Of a DNA stretch of 46,451 bases, positions 1 to 9,840 are shown in pieces. Position numbers and translations under genes: made by a program. The notes beneath the pieces are model-generated. The model was not told the DNA's origin, made no database searches, and saw nothing but the letters and a program-made list of their open reading frames with translations. Numbering within the stretch: the stretch's first letter is position 1; every line of letters begins with the position of its first letter. Origin of the DNA: an uncultured Puniceicoccaceae bacterium (GTDB lineage: Bacteria; Verrucomicrobiota; Verrucomicrobiia; Opitutales; Oceanipulchritudinaceae); assembly GCA_963933835.1 (NCBI GenBank), contig CAWVVV010000008.1, positions 1-46,451 on the forward strand. Direction: 5' to 3'.

Positions 1-729
1 GTCGATTAATTCCTCGAACACTTGCGAATCATGCACGCTCGCTGGCGGCGGCGCGTAGCCACTGACCAGCTTACTCTTCGCATCCACTTTCGCGTGATTT
101 TTGTAACCGTAGTGCACCTCGTGGTTCTTCTTTGCCCAACGAGCCTCGCAATCCTTTTGGCGTCCTACAGCGGTGTTTGGATCGAACTCTGCGGGGCGCT
201 CTCCTTCCTTGATTTGTGCATTTTGTTCACGAGTGTTGCGCTGGCGTGGAGCTGCAACAAAACTGGCGTCCACGATACTACCTTCTTTAGCCAACATACC
301 TTGTCCCTCAAGTAGTTGACCGAAACGCTCAAATATCTTGCGACTCCCGTCGCGACCGTCCTTCTCTAATGACTGTCTAAAGTCCCAGATCGTCTTTGCA
401 TCTGGAACGCTATCACCAGGCTGTAAGTCAAGAAACTGCATGAAGCTGAAGCGATCCATAATCTGAAACTCCGCTTCGTCGTCACTCAATGCGTAATACT
501 TCTGCAGCACCAAAACCTTTAGCATCAGCACGACATCAAAGGGTGGGCGCCCGCCCTTTCTTAGGTCGCGCACGTCATAGCCCAACAGTGTTTCCAAATC
601 CGATCGAAAGAGTTCCCAGTCGATCACCGCATTGAGCTTATTGATGCCCTTGACTGTGCGCATTACCTCCTGCTGATGGTCAAGCATGCTGAACAAATCA
701 TTATCTTTCTTGGGATTTCGGTATTTCAT
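1..729 (-). CDS. IS5-family DDE transposase (3' end missing; not in the ORF track)
   Basis: Manual translation from ATG 729: MKYRNPKKDNDLFSMLDHQQ...INKLNAVIDWELFR...KGGRPPFDVVLMLKVLVLQKYYALSDDEAEFQIMDRFSFMQFL...VPDAKTIWDFR...GSIVDASFVAAPRQRN...RQKDCEARWAKKNHEVHYGYKNH...ASVHDSQ, open to base 1. These are typical IS5 motifs. Confidence 0.93.
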   Translation of the reverse strand, partial: MKYRNPKKDNDLFSMLDHQQEVMRTVKGINKLNAVIDWELFRSDLETLLGYDVRDLRKGGRPPFDVVLMLKVLVLQKYYALSDDEAEFQIMDRFSFMQFLDLQPGDSVPDAKTIWDFRQSLEKDGRDGSRKIFERFGQLLEGQGMLAKEGSIVDASFVAAPRQRNTREQNAQIKEGERPAEFDPNTAVGRQKDCEARWAKKNHEVHYGYKNHAKVDAKSKLVSGYAPPPASVHDSQVFEELID

Positions 730-814
730 GTTTAAAGAATAGATACTAGGCAAACGATGTAAAGATTAGAAATGAAAAGATTCAACAGTTAAGGGGAGGT
801 TTCCAGAGGTGCCC
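1..814 (-). mobile_element. IS5-family insertion sequence, left part (truncated by window edge)
   Basis: Contains the transposase ORF 729->1. Putative terminal IR GGGCACCTCTGGAAACC (minus strand, 814-798) is directly flanked by TTAG (815-818), a YTAR-type site typical of IS5-subgroup targets. The other end is outside the window. Confidence 0.85.
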
Positions 815-828
815 TTAGGTTAGTTGAC

Positions 829-1592
829 ATGAAGTTTGGAACTCCACGCTCGATCATAGGTCTAATGAGAGGACTTGCCGCAATCCTTTGGCTCGCTTGC
901 TTGCCGGCAATGGAGGCGCAAGACCGAGATTTGGAGGTAGCTGGAAATCTGCGCACACAAATCCCTCAGGATTTAAAGGGCCTGCACCTGTCTAATCCCT
1001 ACGCGGCGATTCTCGTCGAGGTCAACAGCGCGGGTGAGGTGCTCGATATGACGCGACGCACTTCGGGCTCATAGATAAGGCGATCAAGGTCGTTAAAAAG
1101 GTTAAGTTCCTCCCCGCGATCGTCGATGGAGAGCCGCAAGGATCTCGGACGAAAGTGTATGTGAATTTCTACGACATCGAACAGCAAGCTTGGCGGAACG
1201 GAAGTGGGTATCTCCCACAGGGTGGCTCTGTTTCAGATGCACTCGACCGTCGTGTCTACGAAGCCTCGGCTGAGAAATTTGTCTTCAGGGAAAGCAAGGT
1301 ACCTGCCCTCGATCACCCGCTTCGAGTCGTGACGAGCAAACTCCGCGTCTACACCTCCGAAGACGGCGTACCGCGCCATGGCAGCTGTCTTGTCGAATAC
1401 TACGTTGGACCTGAGGGGAAAATACATTTTCCGCGTGTCTTGGAGAGCGACCATGACGACTTGAGTTATAGTGCTTTACTGACACTTGAGGTAACTGAGT
1501 TTGAGCCCCCGCGCCGGGGCGGTAACCCCACCTATGTTCGGGTCCATCACCCCTTCAACTTTAAGAAAAAGAAAAAAAAGGCCTCGAATTAA
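829..1592 (+). pseudogene. Frameshifted exported protein with two TonB C-terminal-like domains
   Basis: ORF 829-1074 has a signal peptide and VEVNSAGEVLD. It continues in another frame from 1050 (DATHFGLIDKAIKVVKKVKFLPAIVDGEP...) into ORF 1155-1592 (VEYYVGPEGKI...FEPPRRGGNPTYVRVHHPFNF). Frameshift at ~1046-1050. Confidence 0.75.
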
Positions 1593-3388
1593 TCGTGCTC
1601 TTGACGGAGAGCTTCGAGTTCATCCCATCGCGCGTATTTGGTCGCAAGGAGCTCCTCGACCTCTTTGTTTCGGGCTTGCAGCGACGTCACCTTATCGGGG
1701 TATTCCTGATACAGTTTAGGGTCCGAGAGCTGTTCTGCGATAGTGGCTTGTTCTTCGTCTAGCTTTTCAATTTCGCCGGGGATGGCTTCGAGTTCCCAAC
1801 GTTCGCGATTGAGAAACTTGCGTTGTTTAGTCGAGCGTTTTGCTTTTGCCTCTGGCGCCTTCGAAACGAACTTTCGGGGCATTGCCGTGGCGGAAGCCGT
1901 ATCTTGCGCCAGCCAGTCGCTATAGCCGCCGATGAAGGGTTTGATGTCCCCATTGCCATCTAAGACAAGCAAGTCCGTCGCGACATCATCGAGGAAGGCG
2001 CGATCGTGGCTGACAATGAGAACCGTTCCAGAAAAATGGCTAATCTGCTCCTCGAGAAGATCGAGTGTTTCGAGGTCGAGATCGTTCGTTGGTTCGTCGA
2101 GGACCAGGACATTCGCTGGTTGGGTAAAGAGTCGAGCAAGGAGGAGACGATTGCGTTCACCGCCAGAGAGCATGCTGATCGTGCTACGGGCGCGATCTGG
2201 CGGGAAAAGAAAATCCTGCAGATAGCTCATGACGTGTTGGGAGCGTCCGCCGATCGTTACGGTTTCATTTCCGTCAGCGATCATATCTACGACAGTGCGA
2301 CTTTCATCGAGTTGGTCGCGCAGTTGATCGAAGTAGGCAATCTGCAACTTGGTGCCGTGAGTGACGGTGCCGCTCGTTGGTTGAAGTTTGCCGAGGAGCA
2401 GTCGGAGGAGGGTCGTCTTGCCGGCACCATTGGGCCCAACGATACCCACCTTGTCGCCGCGCTCGATAAGGAAGGACAAGTGTTCGATCGTTGGCGGGTG
2501 GTCCTCGTAAGCAAAGTGGAGGTCTTCAACTGCTATGACTTTCGCGCCCGATCGTTCTGCCGCTTCGATCCGTAGGTGCACTGTACCCATCTTTTGACGA
2601 CGTGACTGATGATCGAGGCGCATTTGCTTGAGGGCACGCACCCGGCCCTCGTTTCGAGTGCGACGAGCCTGGATGCCTCGGCGAATCCAGCGCTCTTCTT
2701 CGGCTAGCTTCTTGTCAAATTGAGCGGATTGGGTTGCCTCAGCCTCGAGCCATTCTTCTTTTCGCTCCAGATATTTGCGGTAGTCGCAATCCCAGCTGAT
2801 CAACCGTCCGCGATCGAGATCGAGTATGCGGGTCGCAAGGGCTTGGAGAAATGCACGGTCGTGGGTGACGAATAGAAGAGCTCCTCGAAATCGCTCCTTC
2901 AGGTATCTTTCCATCCACCGGATTGATGGGATGTCGAGATGATTGGTTGGCTCATCAAGAACGAGCAAATCTGGTTCAGAGACAACCGCTTGTGCTAGAA
3001 TAACGCGTCGCTTCATTCCGGCCGAAAGGGTGTTGAATGGCTCGTCGCCAGACAGTTCCATCTCGTCGAGAAGGCGATCGACCTTTGTCATCACTTCCCA
3101 TTCGGCGAGATCCTCGTGATCGAGACCGGAGGAAACAACCGTCTCAATCGTTCCTTCGATCACATCGGGAATTGCTTGTGGGAGATAAGCCAGTTTGCGA
3201 CCGGGTGCGAGTTGGATTTCTCCGCGGTCAGGCGGATGTATTCCAGCGATGATTTCCAGGAGGCTGGTCTTTCCGGTCCCATTTCGACCGACGAGACAGG
3301 CGCGGTCATTCTCGCGAATTTCGAGACTGAGTTCATCGAGCAATGGAGCGCCTCCATAGCTTAAGGTGATCTTACGGAGCGAGAGCAT
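1589..3388 (-). CDS. uup: ABC-F family ATPase, Uup-like
   Basis: Two ABC cassettes (GRNGTGKT, LSAG, LDEPTNHLD; GPNGAGKTT, LSGGE, LDEPTNDLD), linker WIRRGIQARRTRNEGRVRALK and a C-terminal coiled coil. Confidence 0.9.
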   Translation of the reverse strand: MLSLRKITLSYGGAPLLDELSLEIRENDRACLVGRNGTGKTSLLEIIAGIHPPDRGEIQLAPGRKLAYLPQAIPDVIEGTIETVVSSGLDHEDLAEWEVMTKVDRLLDEMELSGDEPFNTLSAGMKRRVILAQAVVSEPDLLVLDEPTNHLDIPSIRWMERYLKERFRGALLFVTHDRAFLQALATRILDLDRGRLISWDCDYRKYLERKEEWLEAEATQSAQFDKKLAEEERWIRRGIQARRTRNEGRVRALKQMRLDHQSRRQKMGTVHLRIEAAERSGAKVIAVEDLHFAYEDHPPTIEHLSFLIERGDKVGIVGPNGAGKTTLLRLLLGKLQPTSGTVTHGTKLQIAYFDQLRDQLDESRTVVDMIADGNETVTIGGRSQHVMSYLQDFLFPPDRARSTISMLSGGERNRLLLARLFTQPANVLVLDEPTNDLDLETLDLLEEQISHFSGTVLIVSHDRAFLDDVATDLLVLDGNGDIKPFIGGYSDWLAQDTASATAMPRKFVSKAPEAKAKRSTKQRKFLNRERWELEAIPGEIEKLDEEQATIAEQLSDPKLYQEYPDKVTSLQARNKEVEELLATKYARWDELEALRQEHD

Positions 3389-3834
3389 TAGCGGTCTTTG
3401 GTGGACACAAGTTTGATCACTCGCTCCTCCGGTGAAGTGATCTCAATTCTCAACCAGTAACTGTCGGCAGGTATCCAATCCTCGATACGTTCAGGCCATT
3501 CGATGACGAGGCAGTATGGCTCGTTGAGAAACTCGTCGAGCATGAGTCCTTCGACGGCTTCCGGACTTTGCAGTCGATAGGCATCGACGTGCACTAGTTG
3601 GCGCGAGCCTTCATACATGGAAACGAGATTGAAGGTGGGACTCTTAACCGTTTGGTTGATTTTCCACGCTTTCGCGAGGGCTTTGACGAAGGTGGTCTTC
3701 CCTGCTCCGAGGTCGCCTTGGAGGGCGAGAATAGTATTTTTTGGAAGCGAAGACGCGACTTCATGAGCGATCTTTGCCGTTTCTTCTGCGGAGCTTGAAA
3801 CGCGACCTTCCTTTAGGCTATCGAAAATGCTCAT
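3388..3834 (-). CDS. tsaE: tRNA threonylcarbamoyladenosine biosynthesis ATPase TsaE
   Basis: LQGDLGAGKTTF, VKSPTFNL, HVDAYRL and IEWPE motifs. Start placed at ATG 3834 (MSIFDS). Confidence 0.93.
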   Translation of the reverse strand: MSIFDSLKEGRVSSSAEETAKIAHEVASSLPKNTILALQGDLGAGKTTFVKALAKAWKINQTVKSPTFNLVSMYEGSRQLVHVDAYRLQSPEAVEGLMLDEFLNEPYCLVIEWPERIEDWIPADSYWLRIEITSPEERVIKLVSTKDR

Positions 3835-4768
3835 ACGCTTCTCCGTAGTTGATTGGTTGGTCGGTCTTGGCGTCAATGATTTGCCCGGTTGCGTTTGGTC
3901 GTGTCACGACTCTTCCAATACATGAAAGCCGAGTTTTAAAATTTGTCTCCCAGTTTAATAGGCAACCATCCCCGATCCAGTCTGAGGAGGTGGTGAAGAG
4001 TAGCTCATAGTCTTCCCCGTCAGTGAAGGCGGCGGCTAAGGGGTGGGGGGCCTGCTGTGCCTGATCTCGTAACGGAATTGCGTTCAAATCGATCTCAGCC
4101 GCAAGGCCATCGGATAAGAGCGTCGGGAGGTCTTTAGCTAGGCCGTCAGTAACGTCGATCATGCTATGAACGGCGGCCTCGTTTGCCAAATATTGGCCCT
4201 CTTTAAGGCGAGGTCGGAACTCGGCGTGGTGCCCATGGATGGAGCCGCCAAGTTCGCCTGTGACCCAGATCAGATCACCGGACTCAGATGCGCCCCGCAA
4301 AACGGGTCGGGCTGCAGTGCCGTTGAGGGTGAGATTGAAACCGAGAAAGTCATCAGTCTGAGTCAAATCTCCGCCGACGATGAGAACGCCCCATTCACGC
4401 GCGCATTCGCGCAGGCCCGTTACGAATTGTTCTATCCAGCTAATCGAGGTGTTCGAAGGAAGAAATCCTGCCAAGACCGCCACGCCAGGCTGGCCACCCA
4501 TCGCAGCGATGTCGCTGAGGTTTCGCTTGAGCAGTTTTGCGCCAGCGAGTTCGGCCGAAAGTGAATCGTCGAAATGACGACCGTAAACAAGGCTGTCTGT
4601 AGTGAGAAGATTGTGACGAGGCTCTTTCAGGACGGCGGTGTCATCGCCCATGCCAAAGGGTGTGGGTGGGGCACACTCTTTGAGCCATCGCCTGATGTTT
4701 TCGATCAGTTGGGACTCTCCAAGGTGCTTTACTTGGTCGTCAATTATTTCTGTGAAAGGTGAACTCAC
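3818..4768 (-). CDS. thiL: Thiamine-monophosphate kinase
   Basis: GESQLI, GMGDDTAV, NLSDIAAMGG, GGDL, IDVTDGL and GEDYELLFT motifs. Confidence 0.93.
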   Translation of the reverse strand: MSSPFTEIIDDQVKHLGESQLIENIRRWLKECAPPTPFGMGDDTAVLKEPRHNLLTTDSLVYGRHFDDSLSAELAGAKLLKRNLSDIAAMGGQPGVAVLAGFLPSNTSISWIEQFVTGLRECAREWGVLIVGGDLTQTDDFLGFNLTLNGTAARPVLRGASESGDLIWVTGELGGSIHGHHAEFRPRLKEGQYLANEAAVHSMIDVTDGLAKDLPTLLSDGLAAEIDLNAIPLRDQAQQAPHPLAAAFTDGEDYELLFTTSSDWIGDGCLLNWETNFKTRLSCIGRVVTRPNATGQIIDAKTDQPINYGEAYEHFR

Positions 4769-5652
4769 AGGGCGGATGCAACTTCAGGGAAAAACCATAC
4801 CAGGAGGATCGTATTCGCATTGAAGATCATATGAATAATGATCGGGACACGAATGTTGCCAGTTAGATAGTAGGCGTAGCAGAGCGCGAATCCAAGTAGA
4901 CTGAGAGGAACGATCCCGAAGAGGCTAAGGTGGAGAGCGCCAAAGAGCACAGAGCTGATGAGTGCGGCTGGCAGAGTCCCAGTTTTACTGAGTAAGTAAC
5001 GAAAAACGCCTCCGCGGAAAACCAGTTCCTCACCAATGGGAGCTAGCACGGCGGCGACAAACATCATGCCGAAGAAAATGGCTGGGTTGTCAGCGTTTTC
5101 CGAAAAGATCAGAACGGCATCTTGTTTTTCTGGCGAGACCGGTAGCCCGAAGTCTGCAAGCGTATTGAGCAGAAATGTCCATCCGAGGGTAATGATATTA
5201 ATGATCGGAAAGGCGGCGAGGAGTAGAACGAAACTGTAGCCTACTTGTTGATACAGGCTTAGCGAGCGCGTATTTATAGGGCCATCGCTAAAAGCATGCC
5301 GAGCGTTAGCCCAACTGGTGAATAAAAGAATGAAGCCGCCCTGCATGACAGCGCCCGAGCATATTATAAAGAGACCAAGATTGTCGTCGATCGGCAGCTC
5401 GCCTCCAGGGAAGTAGCTCATGAGCTTCTGGCCGATGACACCCGCAAAAAGCGAGATGCAGACGATGCCCCAGGCAAAAAGCCCGAAATCCCACCTTGAG
5501 AGACGCCATGCACCCGGTGCTCTTCGCAGAGTTAGCCACGTTTTCCAGTTTTTGGAGACATAGAAAATAGATGCGATGCCACTGAGAAAGATGAGCGTAG
5601 CATATAGCTCATACACGCCGAGGCTCGCTTCGGCTGTTGTGGAGGTATCCAT
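4765..5652 (-). CDS. CPBP (CAAX/Abi) family intramembrane metalloprotease
   Basis: Multiple TM helices with APIGEELVFRG, FGALH and IHMIFN motifs. Confidence 0.9.
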   Translation of the reverse strand: MDTSTTAEASLGVYELYATLIFLSGIASIFYVSKNWKTWLTLRRAPGAWRLSRWDFGLFAWGIVCISLFAGVIGQKLMSYFPGGELPIDDNLGLFIICSGAVMQGGFILLFTSWANARHAFSDGPINTRSLSLYQQVGYSFVLLLAAFPIINIITLGWTFLLNTLADFGLPVSPEKQDAVLIFSENADNPAIFFGMMFVAAVLAPIGEELVFRGGVFRYLLSKTGTLPAALISSVLFGALHLSLFGIVPLSLLGFALCYAYYLTGNIRVPIIIHMIFNANTILLVWFFPEVASAL

Positions 5653-5658
5653 CTCTTC

Positions 5659-6957
5659 CTAGGCGTCCCGGAGGATGCGTTCTCCATCCCAGATGAGCTC
5701 GCCGGCGACAAAGGTTGCTTTCACCTTACCGCGCAGAGTCTCTCCATGCCATGGGCAGTTCGATGACTTGCTTTGAAACGCGTCAGCATCGACAACCCAG
5801 GCTTCATTCGGATCAAAGACCACGACATCAGCATCAGCCCCAGTTGAAAGGGTTCCTTTCTCTAAGCCCACGATCTTCGCCGGTTCATTGGTGAGGCGGC
5901 TGATGAGAAAGCTTAGATCGCAACGGCCGCTGTGGACGAGCACTTCGAGGCAGGATCCGAGGGCGTTTTCCATCCCGATGATTCCGAAGGGTGCGTTGTC
6001 GAATTCACAGTCTTTATCGTCACTGGTGTGGGGGGCGTGGTCGGTCGAGATGATGTCGAGGGTACCGTCGAGCAGGCCTTCAATGACTGCCTGCCGATCT
6101 TCCTCGGTGCGCAGAGGCGGGTTCATTTTGAAATTCGTGTTGTAGTCTTTGCAGCTCGCATCAGTGAACGCCATGTGGTGAGGCATGGCCTCACCGCTGA
6201 CACGAATGCCACGCTTTTTCGCGCGGCGAATGATGTCGACTCCGTAGGCAGAGCTGACGTGTTGCATGTGGATGTGGGCGCCGCTGTAGTGAGAAAGAAC
6301 TACATTACGTGCGATCACCATGTCTTCCGCGGCTGCTGGCCAACCTTTGAGCCCGAGGCGGAGAGACCACTCGCCTTCGTTCATTACGGAACCACGTGTC
6401 ATCGCAGCGTCCTGACAGTGGTCCATTACAGGGAGGTCGAACATTTTGGCATATTCGACCGCCCGGCGCATGATTTCATTATCCTGCACGCAGGCCCCGT
6501 CGTCTGTGACGGCGATGACGCCGGCGCTTTTGAGCGAGCCGATCGGTGCGAGCTCTTCTCCCTTCATCCCCATTGTGAGGCAACCAGTGGGGTAGACATT
6601 GACGACCGCTTTGCGTTCGACGGCGTCTAAAATACGTTGAATCGTGCCCGGATTGTCGGCGACCGGGGAGGTGTTGGGCATACAGACAACGGTCGTGAAA
6701 CCGCCTGCTGCTGCCGCGCGAGTGCCTGAAGCAATATCCTCCTTCTGGGTCTGCCCGGGGTCGCGAAGGTGGACGTGGATGTCGACAAGGCCGGGTGCTA
6801 CAACCAGTCCGGAGGCATCGTAGACTTCAGCGCCTTTATCTCCATCTGGAAAGGACTCGACGATTTTTCCGCTTAGTATACGCAGGTCCGCGGCTTCGTC
6901 GCGTTCGTTAGCAGGGTCGAGAATACGACCGTTTTTGATGATGAGGCGGGGGTCCAT
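5659..6957 (-). CDS. pyrC: Dihydroorotase (type I)
   Basis: DIHVHLRDPG, MPNT, KMNPPLR and TDHAPH motifs; follows pyrB. Confidence 0.95.
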   Translation of the reverse strand: MDPRLIIKNGRILDPANERDEAADLRILSGKIVESFPDGDKGAEVYDASGLVVAPGLVDIHVHLRDPGQTQKEDIASGTRAAAAGGFTTVVCMPNTSPVADNPGTIQRILDAVERKAVVNVYPTGCLTMGMKGEELAPIGSLKSAGVIAVTDDGACVQDNEIMRRAVEYAKMFDLPVMDHCQDAAMTRGSVMNEGEWSLRLGLKGWPAAAEDMVIARNVVLSHYSGAHIHMQHVSSAYGVDIIRRAKKRGIRVSGEAMPHHMAFTDASCKDYNTNFKMNPPLRTEEDRQAVIEGLLDGTLDIISTDHAPHTSDDKDCEFDNAPFGIIGMENALGSCLEVLVHSGRCDLSFLISRLTNEPAKIVGLEKGTLSTGADADVVVFDPNEAWVVDADAFQSKSSNCPWHGETLRGKVKATFVAGELIWDGERILRDA

Positions 6958-6981
6958 GGAGCTGTAGTTTAGGAAATGAGT

Positions 6982-7938
6982 TTACTTCGAAGGCTGTGAG
7001 CATTGGGCAGCGTTCATACAGAGAAAGAGGACGGCCATCCGGGTGACGATGCCGTTAGTCACCTGCTCAAGGATTGTTGAGTTGGAGCTGTCGGCGAGGG
7101 AGGAGTCGATTTCGACGCCTCGGTTGACGGGGCCGGGGTGCATGATGAGGGCACCGGGTTTGAGCCAACTGGCGCGGTCACTGTTAAGGCCGAACATACT
7201 TCTATATTCGCCGAGGCCGGGGAAGTGGGTGCTGGATTGGCGTTCGTGCTGGATGCGCAGAAGCATGACGGCATCAGCGTCAGCGAGTGCAGTTTTGAGA
7301 TCATGCACGACTTCAACGCCGAGGGCACGAAAGGTCTCTGGAACAAGCGTCGAGGGGCCCGCGACGGTAACATTAGCTCCAAGCTTGAGCAATGCGTGGA
7401 TGTTTGAGCGGGCCACACGGCTGAAAAGGATGTCGCCGAGGATGGTGATCTTACGCCCTTCGAGCGAGCCGAGCTTCTCCTTCATCGTGAAGGTATCGAG
7501 AAGTGCCTGTGTCGGATGTTCGTGTGCTCCGTCGCCCGCATTTATGACCGGGATGTCGACGATTTTGCTTAGGTAAAGTGGGGAGCCCGCGCTGCTGTGG
7601 CGGATGACGATGAGGTCGACGTTGAGTGCTTGGATAACGAGGGCGGTGTCGCGCAGACTTTCACCCTTTACGAGACTGCTCGCCGCCTTTTCTATCAAGG
7701 TGACGTCGGCACTGAGGCGTTTTGCGGCGATCTCAAATGCAACCCGCGTGCGTGTGCTCGGCTCGATGAAAAGGTTGAGGACCGTTTTGCCGCGCAAGGA
7801 GGGCAGCTTTTTCTGTGAGCGGCCGAGAGTCTGTTTAAACTCCATGGCCATGTCGTGGATCATGTTGATCTCCCATGCTTCGAGATCTTCGATGGCGATG
7901 AGGTCTTTGCGGGTCCAGATGCGTGCGGCGTTGCTCAT
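6982..7938 (-). CDS. pyrB: Aspartate carbamoyltransferase catalytic subunit
   Basis: EPSTRTR, NAGDGAHEHPTQALLD, LRIQHER and HPGPVNRGVEI motifs. Confidence 0.96.
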   Translation of the reverse strand: MSNAARIWTRKDLIAIEDLEAWEINMIHDMAMEFKQTLGRSQKKLPSLRGKTVLNLFIEPSTRTRVAFEIAAKRLSADVTLIEKAASSLVKGESLRDTALVIQALNVDLIVIRHSSAGSPLYLSKIVDIPVINAGDGAHEHPTQALLDTFTMKEKLGSLEGRKITILGDILFSRVARSNIHALLKLGANVTVAGPSTLVPETFRALGVEVVHDLKTALADADAVMLLRIQHERQSSTHFPGLGEYRSMFGLNSDRASWLKPGALIMHPGPVNRGVEIDSSLADSSNSTILEQVTNGIVTRMAVLFLCMNAAQCSQPSK

Positions 7939-8453
7939 GAAAGTTGAATCAATTCGGCGGTGTGGGCAGTGGTGTTGGTCGGGTGAATCGTGACCTTGAG
8001 TTGCTGCGAATCATTGCAAGGGAACTCCACCCCGACGTAGTCAGGGCGAATGGGTAGGGCACGGCGGGCCGTATCGATAAGAACTGCTAAGGTGATCGAA
8101 GCAGGGCGCCCGTGGTCAAAGATTTCATTGAGAGCGGCACGAATTGTGCGGCCAGAGGCAAAGACATCATCGACGAGAACGAGGTGTGCATCGTCGACCG
8201 CGCAGCTGAAATCCGTTGCTTTGAAATCTGCTGGGATCGGCTTTGTCCCAACATCATCGCGGTGAAAGAGGATATTGAGCGTGCCCCATTCAATCCCGCC
8301 CCCAATAGCCTCAGCCAGTTTCTTGGTCAGTGATATACCACCGTTGGCGATCCCGAGTAGAGCGATCGGTTTTTCTTTCGAGAGCGTCGTGAGCTGGCTC
8401 GCGAGGCGGTCAACGGCAGCTTGCAAGTCTGCCGCGCTGAGAGGTTCTGCCAT
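7935..8453 (-). CDS. pyrR: PyrR-family pyrimidine regulator/uracil phosphoribosyltransferase-fold protein
   Basis: FHRDD, VLVDDVFASGRTIRAAL and RALPIRPDYVG motifs; overlaps the pyrB start (ATGA). Confidence 0.88.
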   Translation of the reverse strand: MAEPLSAADLQAAVDRLASQLTTLSKEKPIALLGIANGGISLTKKLAEAIGGGIEWGTLNILFHRDDVGTKPIPADFKATDFSCAVDDAHLVLVDDVFASGRTIRAALNEIFDHGRPASITLAVLIDTARRALPIRPDYVGVEFPCNDSQQLKVTIHPTNTTAHTAELIQLS

Positions 8454-8564
8454 ACACCTGAGTCAGTTCATGGGTGGGCAGGGAGCAAGCGGATTCTATG
8501 CTTTCCGCCGAGGCGCGAGTGAGAACCAGCCCACAGCTTCAGCTGTGAAGACCTTACCGAAGCC

Positions 8565-9104
8565 TTAGGCTGTCGCGGACCGCGGGTCTTCGCGCAGGAA
8601 GGGAGCGTAGTCTAGACGAACTTGTGCGAGATCGCGGACGACCGTTTCAAAAATGTCTTGGGCGCGGTAGGCTTCATAGCGGGCAATGTTCTCGGGATCT
8701 GATTCCTCGCCAGAGACAAAACCGATGCGCTTGTGCCCGATGGAAATGAGATGATCGATGATAAGCTCAATGCCCTGAGCATTGTTCCACGAAAATGTAG
8801 GAACTTTTATCTCTGTGCTTCCAGGAAAGACGAACCAAGGAATGTTTAGGCTTCGGCACCAAGAAATGACCTCTGTAGGTTGACTCTCAGGGCGATGAAG
8901 CAGGAGCCCATCGATCGAGCCCTGCGGGAGGAGTCGGTAATCGCTTGCCCAGATAATACGGCAAAAACGTGTCATCGCCGCTAGGTGAGCGCCCAAGATG
9001 ATATCGTCGTGCTCGGGGAAGGAGCCTCGGTCGGGATGCGTAAGGATGCCGATCGTTTTGGAACGAAGGGGGCTGTCGCTGGAGTCTTTTGGGGTATTAA
9101 TCAC
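8565..9104 (-). pseudogene. Truncated LacI-type periplasmic-binding/sensor domain (no HTH, C-terminal half missing)
   Basis: SKTIGIL, IDGLLL, NNAQGIELIIDHLISIGHKRIGFVSG and ARYEAYR, after which similarity ends abruptly. Confidence 0.6.
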
Positions 9105-9255
9105 GGGTGATTCGTACGTAGTACTGTGTAAATCGACCCCGCGGGGACTGACTTAAGGAGGCGTTTGGTAATGTATAAGCGCAAAGTTAATTGGAGATCA
9201 GGGGGGCATTGACTTGGTTGTGGGGCTATCCAAGCTTTCGGCCTTTTCCAAAACC

Positions 9256-9816
9256 ATGAGCTTAGACCAACCAGACTCTTTGAACTTCGATGGCAGCGAC
9301 CTTCGTTTTGGCCTGATCGCGGCGCGTTTCAACCTGCGCATGGTCGATGCTATGCTCGAAAACTGTGTCAATGTTTGGGAACAGGCGGGCGTCGCTCCCT
9401 CAAATGTCGAGTTACAGCGCGTCCCAGGCTCAAATGAGTTGCCGTATGCTGCCGCAATGCTCGCTAAAACCCTTCAATTCGATGCGATTGTTGTGCTGGG
9501 GCTTGTTCTAGCGGGTGAAACGCCGCACCACGAGGTGATCGCAGATTCGACGGGTCAATCGCTCCAACGCATTGGGCTTGATACCGAAGTGCCGGTGATC
9601 AACGGCATTGTCGTTGTCCACACCGAAGCCCAAGCTGAAGCTCGCGCTCTCGGAGAGATTAACCGCGGGCGGGAGTTTGGTCTCGCCGCTCTCGAAATGG
9701 GCCTTCTTAAGCGCCAACTATCCGAGCGCCTTGACAAGCTTGAGTCTGAGCAAGGACCGGCGAGCGGAGAAAAGTGGGATGGTCTCTCGAAAAAGGGCAA
9801 CCCTTGGAAACTCTAA
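9256..9816 (+). CDS. ribH: 6,7-dimethyl-8-ribityllumazine synthase
   Basis: AARFN, VPGSNELP, GETPHHEVI and PVINGI motifs. ATG 9256 chosen as start; precedes nusB. Confidence 0.93.
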   Translation: MSLDQPDSLNFDGSDLRFGLIAARFNLRMVDAMLENCVNVWEQAGVAPSNVELQRVPGSNELPYAAAMLAKTLQFDAIVVLGLVLAGETPHHEVIADSTGQSLQRIGLDTEVPVINGIVVVHTEAQAEARALGEINRGREFGLAALEMGLLKRQLSERLDKLESEQGPASGEKWDGLSKKGNPWKL

Positions 9817-9840
9817 CTCTTTTAACATAAACAATTTATT

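Noticed and set aside
22..315. 97 aa plus-strand ORF
   Set aside because: Antisense to the IS5 transposase, which is the real gene.
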